Of a DNA stretch of 64,000 bases, positions 26,488-36,276 are shown in pieces. The stretch's first letter is position 1. The number at the start of each line of letters is the position of its first letter. Made by a program: the position numbers and the translations under genes. The DNA comes from an uncultured Azospirillaceae bacterium (GTDB lineage: Bacteria; Pseudomonadota; Alphaproteobacteria; Rickettsiales; UBA3002), in the NCBI GenBank assembly GCA_964564675.1, contig CAZMBI010000008.1, positions 23,988-87,987 of the forward strand, in the 5' to 3' direction. The notes under the pieces are model-generated. The model was not told the origin of the DNA, ran no database searches, and worked only from the letters and a program-made list of their open reading frames with translations.

Positions 26488-26538
26488 TAGGCATTAGAGA
26501 TTAGCATCACCAAAGCCTAATCCCTAAAGCCTAATGCC
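26483..26538 (-). terminator. 22-bp imperfect hairpin filling the infA-maf intergenic space and enclosing the maf start codon
   Basis: Left arm GGCATTAGGCATTAGAGATTAG (26483-26504), 12-nt loop, right arm CTAATCCCTAAAGCCTAATGCC (26517-26538). 20 of 22 positions pair. A U-rich CUCUUUCAUUCU follows on the minus-strand RNA. Confidence 0.5.
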
Positions 26539-26539
26539 T

Positions 26540-26758
26540 TCATTTGTGCCGGAACTTAATTCGCCCTTTGGTCAGGTCGTAGGGCGTCATTTCGACGGTG
26601 ACATTATCGCCGGCCAGCACGCGGATGCGGTTCTTGCGCATTTTGCCGGAGGTGTGCGCCAGCACGATATGGCCGTTGGCCAGTTTGACGCGGAACATGG
26701 CATTGGGCAGCAATTCCTCCACCACACCTTCAAATTCGATGAGATCTTCTTTTGCCAT
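26540..26758 (-). CDS. infA: Translation initiation factor IF-1
   Basis: The 72-aa [56 protein letters not shown] is near-universal IF-1 sequence. Confidence 0.97.
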   Translation of the reverse strand: MAKEDLIEFEGVVEELLPNAMFRVKLANGHIVLAHTSGKMRKNRIRVLAGDNVTVEMTPYDLTKGRIKFRHK

Positions 26759-26769
26759 CGTTTAAAACT

Positions 26770-26913
26770 GTCATCCCGGCCTGTGGGGGCCTGCAAGGCC
26801 GAAGCGCGAGCCGGGAGCTTTCTCCAATTGTTCGGTTTCACTTATCCGAGATCCCGGATCGTAACCTTCGCGTCGCTCGTATTGCTCGCTGCTTTGGTAA
26901 CGTCCGGGATGAC
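26770..26913. repeat. ~144-bp inverted-repeat (MITE/REP-like) element directly upstream of infA
   Basis: Terminal inverted repeat GTCATCCCGG (26770-26779) / CCGGGATGAC (26904-26913). The same GGGATGAC motif recurs at 47971-47978. Confidence 0.45.
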
Positions 26914-26927
26914 GTAGCTGCACTACG

Positions 26928-27404
26928 TCACTTTATGTGTAACACGCAGATGAGCGTAAATAGACGCCTTGCGGTAGGAAAATCAAGTATAATTCGTTCT
27001 TTGAGGGTGTCTTGCAATAATTCGGAGCCCTCATTATGGATGCCGCGGCGGCCCATATCGATTGCCTCCAGCTTGTGCGGTTCGGCATGCAGCGCCTCAT
27101 AATAGCTCTCGCACAGCAGGAAATAGTCTTTAATCAAGCCCTTGAACGGCTGCATGGGCAGGGTGACATCGCGCGGTTCGGCCATATGTTCGGAGGAGAC
27201 GCGAAACAGCAATTTATTATCCTGCGTGCTTAGAAAGAGCGCATACGGCCCGGCTTCCACACAGGTGGGGGCGAAGCGGTTGGCTTCCAGCAGATCGCTG
27301 ATGGCGGTCCGGCGTTCGGCTTCGATATGTTCGGCGCGGCGGCGGATCGTGCCTTCATCAAGCGTAACGGCGGTAAGATAGTGTGTTTCGGTGAGGGTAT
27401 TCAT
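26928..27404 (-). CDS. UPF0262 family protein
   Basis: 158 aa from MNTLTETHY. Motif AISDLLEANRFAP, and the typical alphaproteobacterial position between hisD and infA. Confidence 0.75.
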   Translation of the reverse strand: MNTLTETHYLTAVTLDEGTIRRRAEHIEAERRTAISDLLEANRFAPTCVEAGPYALFLSTQDNKLLFRVSSEHMAEPRDVTLPMQPFKGLIKDYFLLCESYYEALHAEPHKLEAIDMGRRGIHNEGSELLQDTLKERIILDFPTARRLFTLICVLHIK

Positions 27405-27486
27405 AAAGCCAGTATAACGAATGCGGGTGCGCTTCGGTAGGGGCATTTTCGCCAGGCCAGCGCCCGACTGCGCGCGGGCGGGCCGA

Positions 27487-28773
27487 TCACTCCAGCCGCA
27501 AGCGCAGGGAACGCGCATGCGCGGTGAGGCCTTCGGTATCGGCCAGCGTTTGAGCGGCCGGGCCGATTGCGCGCAGCGACGCCGCTGAGCAGCCGATCAG
27601 CGACATTTTTTTCAGAAAGCTATAGACAGACAATCCGCCGGAAAAGCGCGCGGTACGGCTGGTGGGCAGCACGTGCGACGGGCCGGCGAGGTAATCACCG
27701 ACGGCTTCCGGACTGTAGCGACCGAGAAAGACCGCGCCGGCATGGCGGACCTGCGCGGCCAGCGTTTCGGGCTCGGCGACGGCCAGTTCCAGATGCTCCG
27801 GGGCAATGGTATTGATGATCCCGGCAGCCTGGTCCAGCGTGTCAACGGTGATGATGGCGCCGTGCCGCTCCCACGCGGCGCCGGCAATCTCGCGGCGCTT
27901 GAGCGTGGCCAACAGGCCGGCCAGCGCGTCAGCCACCCGATCGGCAAAGGCGGCGCTGTCGGTGATCAGAATCGATTGCGCCGAGGGGTCGTGTTCGGAC
28001 TGGCTGAGCAGGTCGGCGGCGATCCATTGCGGGTCGTTGCGATCATCGGCGACTACCAGAATCTCCGACGGTCCGGCGATCATATCAATACCGACCCGGC
28101 CGAAGACCTGCCGCTTGGCCTCGGCGACATAGGCGTTACCGGGCCCGGCGATCATATCCACCGGGCGTATTGTTTCGGTGCCGAAACAAAGCGCGGCGAT
28201 CGCCTGTGCGCCGCCGATGCGGTAAATTTCGTTGATCCCGGCGATGCGGGCGGCGGTGAGAATGGAGGGGTGGACGATATCATCCGGCGTGGGTACCACC
28301 ATCACCAGGCGCGTGGCGCCCGCCACTGCAGCGGGAATGGCGTTATGCAGCACCGAACTGGGATAGGCGGCGCGCCCGCCCGGTACATACAGCCCCACCG
28401 CATCCACCGGCGTGAAGCGCCAGCCCAGCTGCGTCCCGCTTGCGTCGGTATACAGCACATCCTGCGGATATTGGGTAGTGTGATAGGCGCGCAGCCGGTC
28501 GGCGGCGGATTGCAGCGCCTCGCGCACGGCCGGCTCACAGGCCTGCACGGCGCCGTCAATTTCCGCCTCGCTGATACGCAGGCCGTCAGGGTTCAGGCTG
28601 AGCCGGTCGAAGCGTTGGGTGTAGTCGATCAGCGCCGCATCGCCGCGGGCGCGCACCTCGTGGATGATGTCGCGCACCACGGCGCTGACGTCCTGAGCCT
28701 GCTCGCGATCGGCCAGCAGACCAGCCAGCTGCGTATCAAAATCGGGTTGCGTGATGTTAAGCCATCGGTTCAT
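27487..28773 (-). CDS. hisD: Histidinol dehydrogenase
   Basis: Motifs VGLYVPGGRAAYPSSVLH, IYRIGGAQAIAAL, GPGNAYVAEAKR, GPSEILV, QSEHDP. Confidence 0.95.
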   Translation of the reverse strand: MNRWLNITQPDFDTQLAGLLADREQAQDVSAVVRDIIHEVRARGDAALIDYTQRFDRLSLNPDGLRISEAEIDGAVQACEPAVREALQSAADRLRAYHTTQYPQDVLYTDASGTQLGWRFTPVDAVGLYVPGGRAAYPSSVLHNAIPAAVAGATRLVMVVPTPDDIVHPSILTAARIAGINEIYRIGGAQAIAALCFGTETIRPVDMIAGPGNAYVAEAKRQVFGRVGIDMIAGPSEILVVADDRNDPQWIAADLLSQSEHDPSAQSILITDSAAFADRVADALAGLLATLKRREIAGAAWERHGAIITVDTLDQAAGIINTIAPEHLELAVAEPETLAAQVRHAGAVFLGRYSPEAVGDYLAGPSHVLPTSRTARFSGGLSVYSFLKKMSLIGCSAASLRAIGPAAQTLADTEGLTAHARSLRLRLE

Positions 28774-28819
28774 GTGTTTTCCTTTCTGTTTGCCGCCTGC
28801 GCATGAATGACGCATCCGT

Positions 28820-29470
28820 TCAGGTGGCGCACACCTTGCGAAACCCTTCAATCAGGGGATTCAGCTGTTCGCCCATGGTTTTCAAAGCAGTGCGGTTAAC
28901 GATCAGCCGCGATGACACCGCCATAATGGTTTCCACCTCGACCAGCCCGTTGGCCCTGAGCGTATTACCACTTGAGACCAGATCGACAATGCGCTCGGCC
29001 AGCCCCAGCCGGGGAGCAAGCTCCATGGCGCCGTTGAGCTTGATACACTCGGCCTGCACGTTGCGCCGGGCGAAATGCGCCGCGGTCAGGTGCGGGTATT
29101 TGGTGGCGATGCGTACATGGCTCCAGCGTTTGGGATCGTCGCCGGAGGCAAGCCCCTGCGGTTCGGCGACGCTTAAGCGGCATGTGCCGATGCCCAGATC
29201 CAGCGGGGCATATAAATCAGCATAGTGGAACTCATCGAGCACGTCGCTGCCGACGACCCCCAGCTGGGCTGCACCGAAGGCGACAAAGGTGGCGACATCG
29301 AAACTGCGCACGCGGATGATCGACAGATCGGCGCGGTTGGTGGCGAATTGCAGGGCGCGCGAATCCTCATCGAAAAATGCCGCCTCCGGCGTGATGCCGA
29401 CCCCGGCCAGCAGCGGTTGCAATTCGTCGAGAATGCGTCCTTTGGGTATGGCAAGGGTGATGGCGGTCAT
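28820..29470 (-). CDS. hisG: ATP phosphoribosyltransferase, short form
   Basis: Motifs [27 protein letters not shown] and [14 protein letters not shown]. 216 aa. Confidence 0.92.
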   Translation of the reverse strand: MTAITLAIPKGRILDELQPLLAGVGITPEAAFFDEDSRALQFATNRADLSIIRVRSFDVATFVAFGAAQLGVVGSDVLDEFHYADLYAPLDLGIGTCRLSVAEPQGLASGDDPKRWSHVRIATKYPHLTAAHFARRNVQAECIKLNGAMELAPRLGLAERIVDLVSSGNTLRANGLVEVETIMAVSSRLIVNRTALKTMGEQLNPLIEGFRKVCAT

Positions 29471-29489
29471 ACGCGGCTGATGTCTTTCA

Positions 29490-30761
29490 TCATTTTATCC
29501 GTTCAATCTGCGCGCCGCAGCAGGCCAGTTTGTCCTCGAGCCGCTCATAGCCGCGATCCAGATGATAAACCCGATGTATCACGCTTTCGCCGCGGGCGGC
29601 AAGTGCGGCGATAATCAGCGACATCGAGGCGCGCAGATCGGTGGCCATCACTTCCGCGCCGCGCAGGGCGGAAGGGCCGGTAATCAACGCCGTGCGGTCC
29701 TTGATGTGAATATCCGCCCCCATGCGCAGCAGTTCCGGCACGTGCATGAAGCGGTTTTCAAAAATGGTCTCGGTAATCGACGACGTGCCCTGCGCCAGGG
29801 CAAGCAGCGCCATCACCTGCGCCTGCATATCGGTAGGAAAAGCGGGATAGGGCGCGGTGGTGATATCCACCGGCTGCAGGCGGTCGCGCTCGCGCCAGAC
29901 GCGCAGGCCCCCGGGGACGGCTTCGATGCCGGCGCCACAGCGGATCAGCACATCGGCCAGTGCGCCGGACGTGGCCAGGCTCGCCTCTTCCAGCATCAGT
30001 TCGCCGCCGGTGGCAGCGGCCATTACCAGATATGAGCCGGTTTCGATGCGATCGGCAATGACGCGGTGCCGCGCGCCGCCCAGCGCATCCACGCCGTGGA
30101 TGGTCAGCGTGTCGCTGTTGATGCCTTCAATCTGCGCTCCCATCTTGATGAGCAGCTGCGCCAGATCGCCGATTTCCGGCTCGCGCGCGGCGTTGTGCAG
30201 CACCGTGGTGCCACGGGCGAGGCTGGCGGCCATCAGCGCGTTTTCGGTGGCGCCCACCGAGACCATGGGAAAGCGGATGTCGGTGCCTGTCAGCCCGGCG
30301 GCGGCGGTGGCCTCGACATAACCCTGCTCCAGCGTGATTTCGGCGCCCATGTCGGCAAAGGCCTGCAGGTGTAAATCAATGGGGCGGGTGCCGATGGCGC
30401 AGCCGCCGGGAAGCGATACCCGCGCCCGGCCGAAGCGCGCCAACAGCGGGCCGAGCACCAGCACGCTGGCGCGCATGGTGCGCACAATCTCATAGGGGGC
30501 GGTGAAATGCTCGATGCCGGCGGCATCCAGCGTAATGTCGCGGCCATGACCGTTGGGCTCGCTCATCGACAGGCGCACGCCGTGCTGACCAAGCAACTTG
30601 GCCATGGTGGTGATATCCGCCAGATAGGGGATGTTGCCCAGGTGCAGCGGCTTATCGCTCAGCAGGCTGGCCGCCATCAGCGGCAGCGCCGCGTTTTTCG
30701 CCCCGCCGATGTGGATGCTGCCTTGCAGCGGTGTGCCGCCGGTGATGCGTATTTTATCCAT
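29490..30761 (-). CDS. murA: UDP-N-acetylglucosamine 1-carboxyvinyltransferase
   Basis: Motifs [31 protein letters not shown] and [16 protein letters not shown]. Confidence 0.95.
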   Translation of the reverse strand: MDKIRITGGTPLQGSIHIGGAKNAALPLMAASLLSDKPLHLGNIPYLADITTMAKLLGQHGVRLSMSEPNGHGRDITLDAAGIEHFTAPYEIVRTMRASVLVLGPLLARFGRARVSLPGGCAIGTRPIDLHLQAFADMGAEITLEQGYVEATAAAGLTGTDIRFPMVSVGATENALMAASLARGTTVLHNAAREPEIGDLAQLLIKMGAQIEGINSDTLTIHGVDALGGARHRVIADRIETGSYLVMAAATGGELMLEEASLATSGALADVLIRCGAGIEAVPGGLRVWRERDRLQPVDITTAPYPAFPTDMQAQVMALLALAQGTSSITETIFENRFMHVPELLRMGADIHIKDRTALITGPSALRGAEVMATDLRASMSLIIAALAARGESVIHRVYHLDRGYERLEDKLACCGAQIERIK

Positions 30762-30841
30762 TCGGGCAGAATTAGCGCAGCCGTCAGAGGGAGTCTAGCC
30801 GAAATCAGCGGGCTCAATGGGGTATAGGGTTGATCCTTTTG

Positions 30842-31408
30842 TTATCCCGTTTTCTCCACACTTGGCAGCGTCACGCCCCGCTGGCCCATATATTTACCCT
30901 TGCGGTCGGCGTAGGAGGTCTCGCAGATCGATTCGCCTTTGAGGAAGAGAAACTGGCAGGCGCCCTCATTGGCATAGACTTTGGCGGGCAGCGGCGTGGT
31001 ATTGGAGAATTCCAGCGTCACATGGCCTTCCCATTCCGGCTCCAGCGGCGTGACATTGACGATAATGCCGCAGCGCGCATAGGTCGATTTGCCCAGGCAG
31101 ATGACCAGCGTATCGCGCGGGATGCGGAAATATTCGACGGTGCGCGCCAGCGCGAAGGAGTTAGGCGGGATGATGCACACATCCGTGGAGCGGTCGAGGA
31201 AGCTGTCCTGTGAGAAATCTTTCGGGTCAACCACGGCCGAATTGACGTTGGTGAAAATTTTAAATTCGTCGGCCACGCGCGCATCATAGCCGTATGATGA
31301 CAGGCCGTAAGAGATGACGCCCTCGCGCTTGAGATGCTCGACAAACGGCTCGATCATGCCGTTGCGGATGGCTTGCTCGCGGATCCAGTGGTCGGGTTGA
31401 ATGGGCAT
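30842..31408 (-). CDS. dcd: dCTP deaminase
   Basis: Motifs [24 protein letters not shown] and [15 protein letters not shown]. Confidence 0.93.
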   Translation of the reverse strand: MPIQPDHWIREQAIRNGMIEPFVEHLKREGVISYGLSSYGYDARVADEFKIFTNVNSAVVDPKDFSQDSFLDRSTDVCIIPPNSFALARTVEYFRIPRDTLVICLGKSTYARCGIIVNVTPLEPEWEGHVTLEFSNTTPLPAKVYANEGACQFLFLKGESICETSYADRKGKYMGQRGVTLPSVEKTG

Positions 31409-31522
31409 TTCATGCTTCCTTACAAGAGGTTAAATCCATTACGCGTCAGCGCTTTAATCAGGCGCTCCTTTTTTAATCATGCTTGATTCCCATGCAGCGC
31501 ATGAGTATCCTTAGAACAGGAG

Positions 31523-31831
31523 ATGAAACAAGAAAACATGTTTGATTCAAAAAAAGTTGACCAAATAATAAGCAATTTTATCAAGCGCGATTTTAGCGAT
31601 GTGGACATTGCGGATATTATCATATCCCCTGATGAAGATTTTGAAGGTAACGAGATCCTCAAAATCACGGTAATTTACAGAGGAAGCTTCAAAAAAGATG
31701 CCATAAAAAAGACAGTCAGCGCTGTGCGCAAAGTGAGGCCGCAGCTGGAACAGGTCGGAGAGCACGCATTTCCTCTTTTTTCTTTCATATCCCAGTCCGA
31801 TTACGGAGCTGGCCATCGTGCAGCCCACTGA
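31523..31831 (+). CDS. Hypothetical 102-aa protein, upstream partner of the HEPN-like gene (candidate antitoxin/regulator)
   Basis: AT-rich ORF overlapping the next gene by 14 nt. A sigma70-like TTGATT-N17-TATCCT lies at 31483-31511. Alternative start at 31538. No GS..SD.D minimal-nucleotidyltransferase motif recognisable, only SDVDI. Confidence 0.55.
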   Translation: MKQENMFDSKKVDQIISNFIKRDFSDVDIADIIISPDEDFEGNEILKITVIYRGSFKKDAIKKTVSAVRKVRPQLEQVGEHAFPLFSFISQSDYGAGHRAAH

Positions 31832-32297
31832 TCTTTTAAGTACAGCTAAAGAGTTGCTCCATTTCGGCCACGGTAAAAGACCGCGAGGCGCTAACTTGCG
31901 TCGGGCCGTTAGCAGTGTGTATTACGCATTATTTCATACACTTGCCAGAAACGCGGCGGACTTATTGATCGGCGGCACAGGATCGGAACGCAGCGACCAT
32001 GCATGGTTGCAGGTTTACCGCGCGCTTGAACACGGGAATATATGGAATGGCTGCAATCACAAAGACATGATGAAAAAGTTTCCAGATGACATTCAGGATT
32101 TTGCAAACGTTTTTCTGGAATTAAAGGAAAAAAGAGAGGACGCGGACTATAACCCTAATGCGAGGTTTTATAAATCTGACGTAACTAAACTTATCAATAA
32201 GGCGGAAATTATTATACAGGGATTCAACGATTGTACATATAAAGATAAGCGCGCGTTTGTAACATACGTGCTTTTTAAGAAAAACCGAAACAAGTAA
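31818..32297 (+). CDS. HEPN-like domain protein (candidate toxin/RNase)
   Basis: The helix-1 pattern LRRAVSSVYYALFHTLARNAADLL and the later LKEKREDADYNPNARF resemble the HEPN fold signature (A.S.AYYA.FH.A.ALL ... R..ADY). AT-rich, 159 aa. Confidence 0.6.
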   Translation: MQPTDLLSTAKELLHFGHGKRPRGANLRRAVSSVYYALFHTLARNAADLLIGGTGSERSDHAWLQVYRALEHGNIWNGCNHKDMMKKFPDDIQDFANVFLELKEKREDADYNPNARFYKSDVTKLINKAEIIIQGFNDCTYKDKRAFVTYVLFKKNRNK

Positions 32298-32375
32298 TCA
32301 CAATTTGCCGGAACCCGAGCCAGAGCGATCTGTTGGCCGCAATACGTTGCGCCACGCGTAGCCGAAGGCGAAGCG

Positions 32376-32451
<76 letters not shown>

Positions 32452-32620
32452 ACACTGCTTAAGGATGTAGCCGATTCGCCGCATCGGGGCAAGTATCTAG
32501 CGTGAGAGCAGTGCGGCTATGAATTGATATTAATTATCACTTGCAGTTTTCTGGCTAACCGATTAAGCAGGGCCTATAAAAGCAACTAATAATCATTATC
32601 ATTATGTCGGGGCTTGATCG

Positions 32621-33281
32621 ATGCCAGTACCTCCTGATGCTGATGACCATGGTGGTCATCATGGTGTAACCACGTTGCTGTCGTCATATGAGCGCGAACA
32701 GCGCAAAACCGAGCTGCAGCGCGCGGAAGACATTGCCTATACCATTAATCACACGCTGACCTGTCTCAGCCTCGATATTTTTGTGCCGATTATCAGCACC
32801 TATTACACGCGCTGGCGGCCTGCCGCCGGATGGGCAGGAAATGCAGGCGCATGCCGAGCAATTATATCGCCATGAAGTCAATCATCTGGCGCAGGCGGCG
32901 ATCTGGACGCTGGGCGCGTTTGCACTCAATGTCGCCACCCAGAAAGCCATCGGCAGTTCCTATTCCACGCGCCAGATTGTGGAAGGCAAGCTGGTCGGCG
33001 CGCTGACGGCGACCAGCACGGTATTGGGCGCGCGCGCCATCGCCCCGGAAGGCGCCAAAGACTGGGACCGCTGGACGAGCGAGCACATCTTTCTGCCGGC
33101 CACGCGCCTGTTCGGCGGGCTGATCGGCGTGGACAGCGAGGCCGTCGAACGCCTGGCGCAAAAGGAGCAGCGCGGCCATCCCAAACAGCCCGCCAGCGTA
33201 GCCGGCATGATTGAGCGCGAAGGGAAACTCCAGAATTACCCAAAGCAAGCGAGCCTTGCACGCGGGATGGCCGAAAGCTAG
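32621..33281 (+). pseudogene. Hypothetical protein gene with an apparent +1 frameshift near 32805-32815 (ORFs 32621..32875 and 32781..33281)
   Basis: The two ORFs overlap by 95 nt in different frames. Third-position GC preference switches from the first to the second frame around CGCGCTGGCGGCC. No family recognised. Confidence 0.4.
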
Positions 33282-33366
33282 GCAGAAATCGAAGTATTAT
33301 TCGCTGATCAACCCGCGATTGATATGGATATGATCTACCAGGCATTGCCGGTTAAAATATGACGAG

Positions 33367-33419
33367 ACTATCGCATTACCCCCCCTCTCCCAGAGGGAGG
33401 GGGGGGGTAATGCGATAGT
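33367..33419. terminator. Long GC-tract palindrome between convergent genes (bidirectional terminator candidate)
   Basis: ACTATCGCATTACCCCCCCTCTCC-CAGAG-GGAGGGGGGGGGTAATGCGATAGT. The outer 19 bp are perfectly complementary. Confidence 0.6.
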
Positions 33420-33452
33420 TTCATGACGGTTAATCGGCGGATGCCGAAAGGC

Positions 33453-34850
33453 TTATTTCTCCGGCTGGTATTCGCCGTCTTTCAGCCAGCTGCGATGGTT
33501 TTCGGGACGGCCGAAATAATAGCCCTGCAGGTATTCCACGCCGAGCTCTATCAGCATCTTGGCGATTTCCCCGGTTTCGACGAATTCGGCTACCGATTTC
33601 AGGCCAAAGCCGTTGGTGAATTCGAGCATGGTTTTGACGAAGAAGCGGTTATCAGCGTTATCGACGAGGTCTTTCACGAAGGCGCCGTCGATTTTAACCA
33701 TATCGACCGATAATGATTTGAGCTGGCGGAACGAGGTGTAGCCCGAGCCGAAATCATCGAGCGCTACCAGCGCGCCCATCGACTGAATCTGGGCCACGAA
33801 AAAGGCGGTCTGGCGCAGATCGCGCTGGGCCGCGGTCTCGGTAATCTCAACCGTCAGGCGCGGGGCGACTTCGGGCGTTTCTTCCATTAATTCGCCGAAA
33901 ATCTCCATCCAGCGACCGTTGCGCGTGGTCAGGTTGGAGATGTTAAACGCCAGATGCACGTCGGGGGATTTACGCAACTCTTCCACAACTAGGCGCAATA
34001 CATATTCGTCGATGATGTCGATCAGCCCCATGCGTTCGGCGATCGGAATGAGCGCCCCGGCCGAGGAAATCGTGCCGTCATGCCCGCACAGGCGCAACAG
34101 GGCCTCGTAGTGCGAGACCTCGCCGGAGCGGGCCTGTATAATCGGTTGGAAAGCGAGTTTCAGGCGTTTTTCCTGGATGGCTTTTTGCAGATAGTTGGCC
34201 AACCCCATTTCCTGCCGGCTGTAGGCGGCGCGGTCGACATAGGTGTCAAACGAGCGAATGGCATATTCGGCCTGGCACTCATGAATGGAAATAAAACACT
34301 GATCGAGCACGTCTTGCAGGGTCGCGGCCGGCTCCGGAAATACCACCGAAATCACGCTGCAGGTCACATGCAGCGAGCTTTCCTGACGGGTGCTGCCGAA
34401 CTGGCGGATATGCGACGTGATGCGCTCGGTTAAATAGTTGATTTCCTGCTCGTTCGTTCGGTTGAGAATGATGCCGTACTGATCACGCTGGACACGGAAG
34501 ATCTGATCATTGGTGCCGATCATGTCGATTATGTCGCGCTCGATGGCGCGCAGGGTCGATTCGCAGACCGAATGGCCGTAACCGCTCATGATCATCGCCA
34601 GATTGTCGATGGAAAACATCATCAGCGCGCCGATTTGTTCTTCGCGCCCGGCGTTTTCGATGGCCTGATCCAGCGCATTCACAAACTCGTCCGGATAGCC
34701 CATTTGCCGGTAGCTGCGTGATGTCGCTGAAGATGAAAGGGTGCGGCCCATGCCTGTTTTCGGATTTGCTATTGTGGCGACTGGTATCCACGGGCTGAGG
34801 CTCGGATCATACCCGGTCTCCGTGCTTGCCTTTTTCTGCTCCTCCCGCAT
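33453..34850 (-). CDS. Degenerate GGDEF + EAL domain protein (c-di-GMP phosphodiesterase type)
   Basis: EAL motifs HYEALLRL, NISNLT, EITETA, DDFGSGYTSF, KIDGAFV, GYYFGRP. In the GGDEF-like half the signature position reads RVQRDQYGIIL. Confidence 0.85.
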   Translation of the reverse strand: MREEQKKASTETGYDPSLSPWIPVATIANPKTGMGRTLSSSATSRSYRQMGYPDEFVNALDQAIENAGREEQIGALMMFSIDNLAMIMSGYGHSVCESTLRAIERDIIDMIGTNDQIFRVQRDQYGIILNRTNEQEINYLTERITSHIRQFGSTRQESSLHVTCSVISVVFPEPAATLQDVLDQCFISIHECQAEYAIRSFDTYVDRAAYSRQEMGLANYLQKAIQEKRLKLAFQPIIQARSGEVSHYEALLRLCGHDGTISSAGALIPIAERMGLIDIIDEYVLRLVVEELRKSPDVHLAFNISNLTTRNGRWMEIFGELMEETPEVAPRLTVEITETAAQRDLRQTAFFVAQIQSMGALVALDDFGSGYTSFRQLKSLSVDMVKIDGAFVKDLVDNADNRFFVKTMLEFTNGFGLKSVAEFVETGEIAKMLIELGVEYLQGYYFGRPENHRSWLKDGEYQPEK

Positions 34851-35265
34851 GTACTTGCCTGTCTCAATGGTTACACATCATAGCGTGTTTTCTCGTCTGA
34901 CGCGCGTTTTTTTTGACGCACTTCTTTAAGTATTGCGGAAAAATGTTAAAAATTAGCTAAAATACCGGGCAAATTATAAGGATTGTATGGCCGAATTGGT
35001 TAACTGGCGCCAAGACTTTGATTTTCTTTCTATCACCAAGATGTCATCAAACCGTCATCAATGTGCCACGAAACGCGGATAGTGTAATATGGATAGGGAA
35101 ATTAAGCCCGGGCAGCTTGCCGGCTAGGAAGAGGTAATGACTAAGCCAGCATAGATAGATAAAGTCAGCGATGCAAAGCCCATTCAGGCGACGATCTGGG
35201 GCAGCCGCGGCAGCACGCCGGTCAGCGGGCCGGAGCACACGCAATATGGTGGGCATACGTCGTGC

Positions 35266-36276
35266 GTGCAGGTGGATGCCGGTAAACATACCATCCTGTT
35301 CGATGCCAGCAGCGGCCTGTGGGATTATATGAAAACCCTGCGCGCCGAGGTCAAAGCCAATGGCGGCACACTCCCCCGTCGGGTGCATCTCATGCTCAGC
35401 CATCTGCATGACGATCACGTGCAGGGATTGAAATTGTTTCTAGCGGAGTTTGGCCCTCTAGCCACCCGGCAACATCCCATCACGATTCATGCCCCGCCGC
35501 TTGTGTTTTTAAACAAACACAGCAATCGGGACCCCGTCACTGGCGGGCCGTGGGACAAAGACAGCGGCAGCGTGCCGCCGAAAGCATATTTTCAGCGATT
35601 TATGCATGCGCCGTCTTTTCCCGTCTCTTTGGCGAATCATTTAAATAAGGCCCATATTGAGTTTAAAACCATTAATTCCGACCGCGGACCGATGCTCGAC
35701 TGGCTTTGGGATAAGGAACGCTTGCAGGTGCATAATACATTGCTTGCGCACGGCCAGGAAAAAGCGCTTGGCTTCAAAGTAACCCATAATAATCAAACGC
35801 TTTGTTATGTGCCGGATTACGGGCGCGTGATGGATGAAAAGGCGGATCCTGCGCAACATGATACCGAATCGGACCGAAGGCTGGTCAATTTTGTCAAAGG
35901 CGCCGATGTGCTGATTATCGACAGCATGTTCGCGGATGAACAATTCAGGGATTCGCCCAACCTGCGACGGTTTGGCCATACCACGCTCGAACATGTCATG
36001 CATATTGCGCAGGCGGCGGGCGTGAAGGAGCTGGTGTTTTTTCATCACTCGCCGCTGGCGAATGATCAGGCGCTTGATGACCGTCAAAAAAATGCCCTGG
36101 AATATGCACAAGAGAACGGCTTGAAAGCGTTTAGAGGCCACCATGCGCAAGACCAGATGCGTATCAGAATCGCCGGAAAACAGGTGACCATCACCCCCTC
36201 AGATGAAGGGCGTCAGGAAATTGAACAGGAACGGAAGGCGATCCGCAAACGCGTCGCTGGCGCCTCCAGAGGCTAG
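35266..36276 (+). CDS. MBL-fold metallo-hydrolase (start uncertain; conserved N-terminus extends upstream, see findings)
   Basis: Motifs HLMLSHLHDDHVQGL (HxHxDH), FVKGADVLIIDSMF and FGHTTLEHV. The first canonical start in frame is the GTG at 35266. The same frame upstream encodes IQATIWGSRGSTPVSGPEHTQYGGHTSC. Confidence 0.75.
   Translation: MQVDAGKHTILFDASSGLWDYMKTLRAEVKANGGTLPRRVHLMLSHLHDDHVQGLKLFLAEFGPLATRQHPITIHAPPLVFLNKHSNRDPVTGGPWDKDSGSVPPKAYFQRFMHAPSFPVSLANHLNKAHIEFKTINSDRGPMLDWLWDKERLQVHNTLLAHGQEKALGFKVTHNNQTLCYVPDYGRVMDEKADPAQHDTESDRRLVNFVKGADVLIIDSMFADEQFRDSPNLRRFGHTTLEHVMHIAQAAGVKELVFFHHSPLANDQALDDRQKNALEYAQENGLKAFRGHHAQDQMRIRIAGKQVTITPSDEGRQEIEQERKAIRKRVAGASRG

Noticed and set aside
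26483-26538. TTAGG/CATTAGG-like tandem units resembling telomeric repeats
   Set aside because: There are only three degenerate units per arm and they are complementary to each other. A hairpin is the simpler reading.
27673-28806. 377-aa ORF on the plus strand
   Set aside because: It is entirely antisense to hisD, which has unmistakable motifs. It is Arg/Gly/Ala-rich, the composition expected from antisense reading of high-GC coding DNA.
35047-35418. 123-aa minus-strand ORF upstream of and overlapping the MBL gene
   Set aside because: It is antisense to the conserved MBL N-terminal coding region and extends into AT-rich intergenic DNA.
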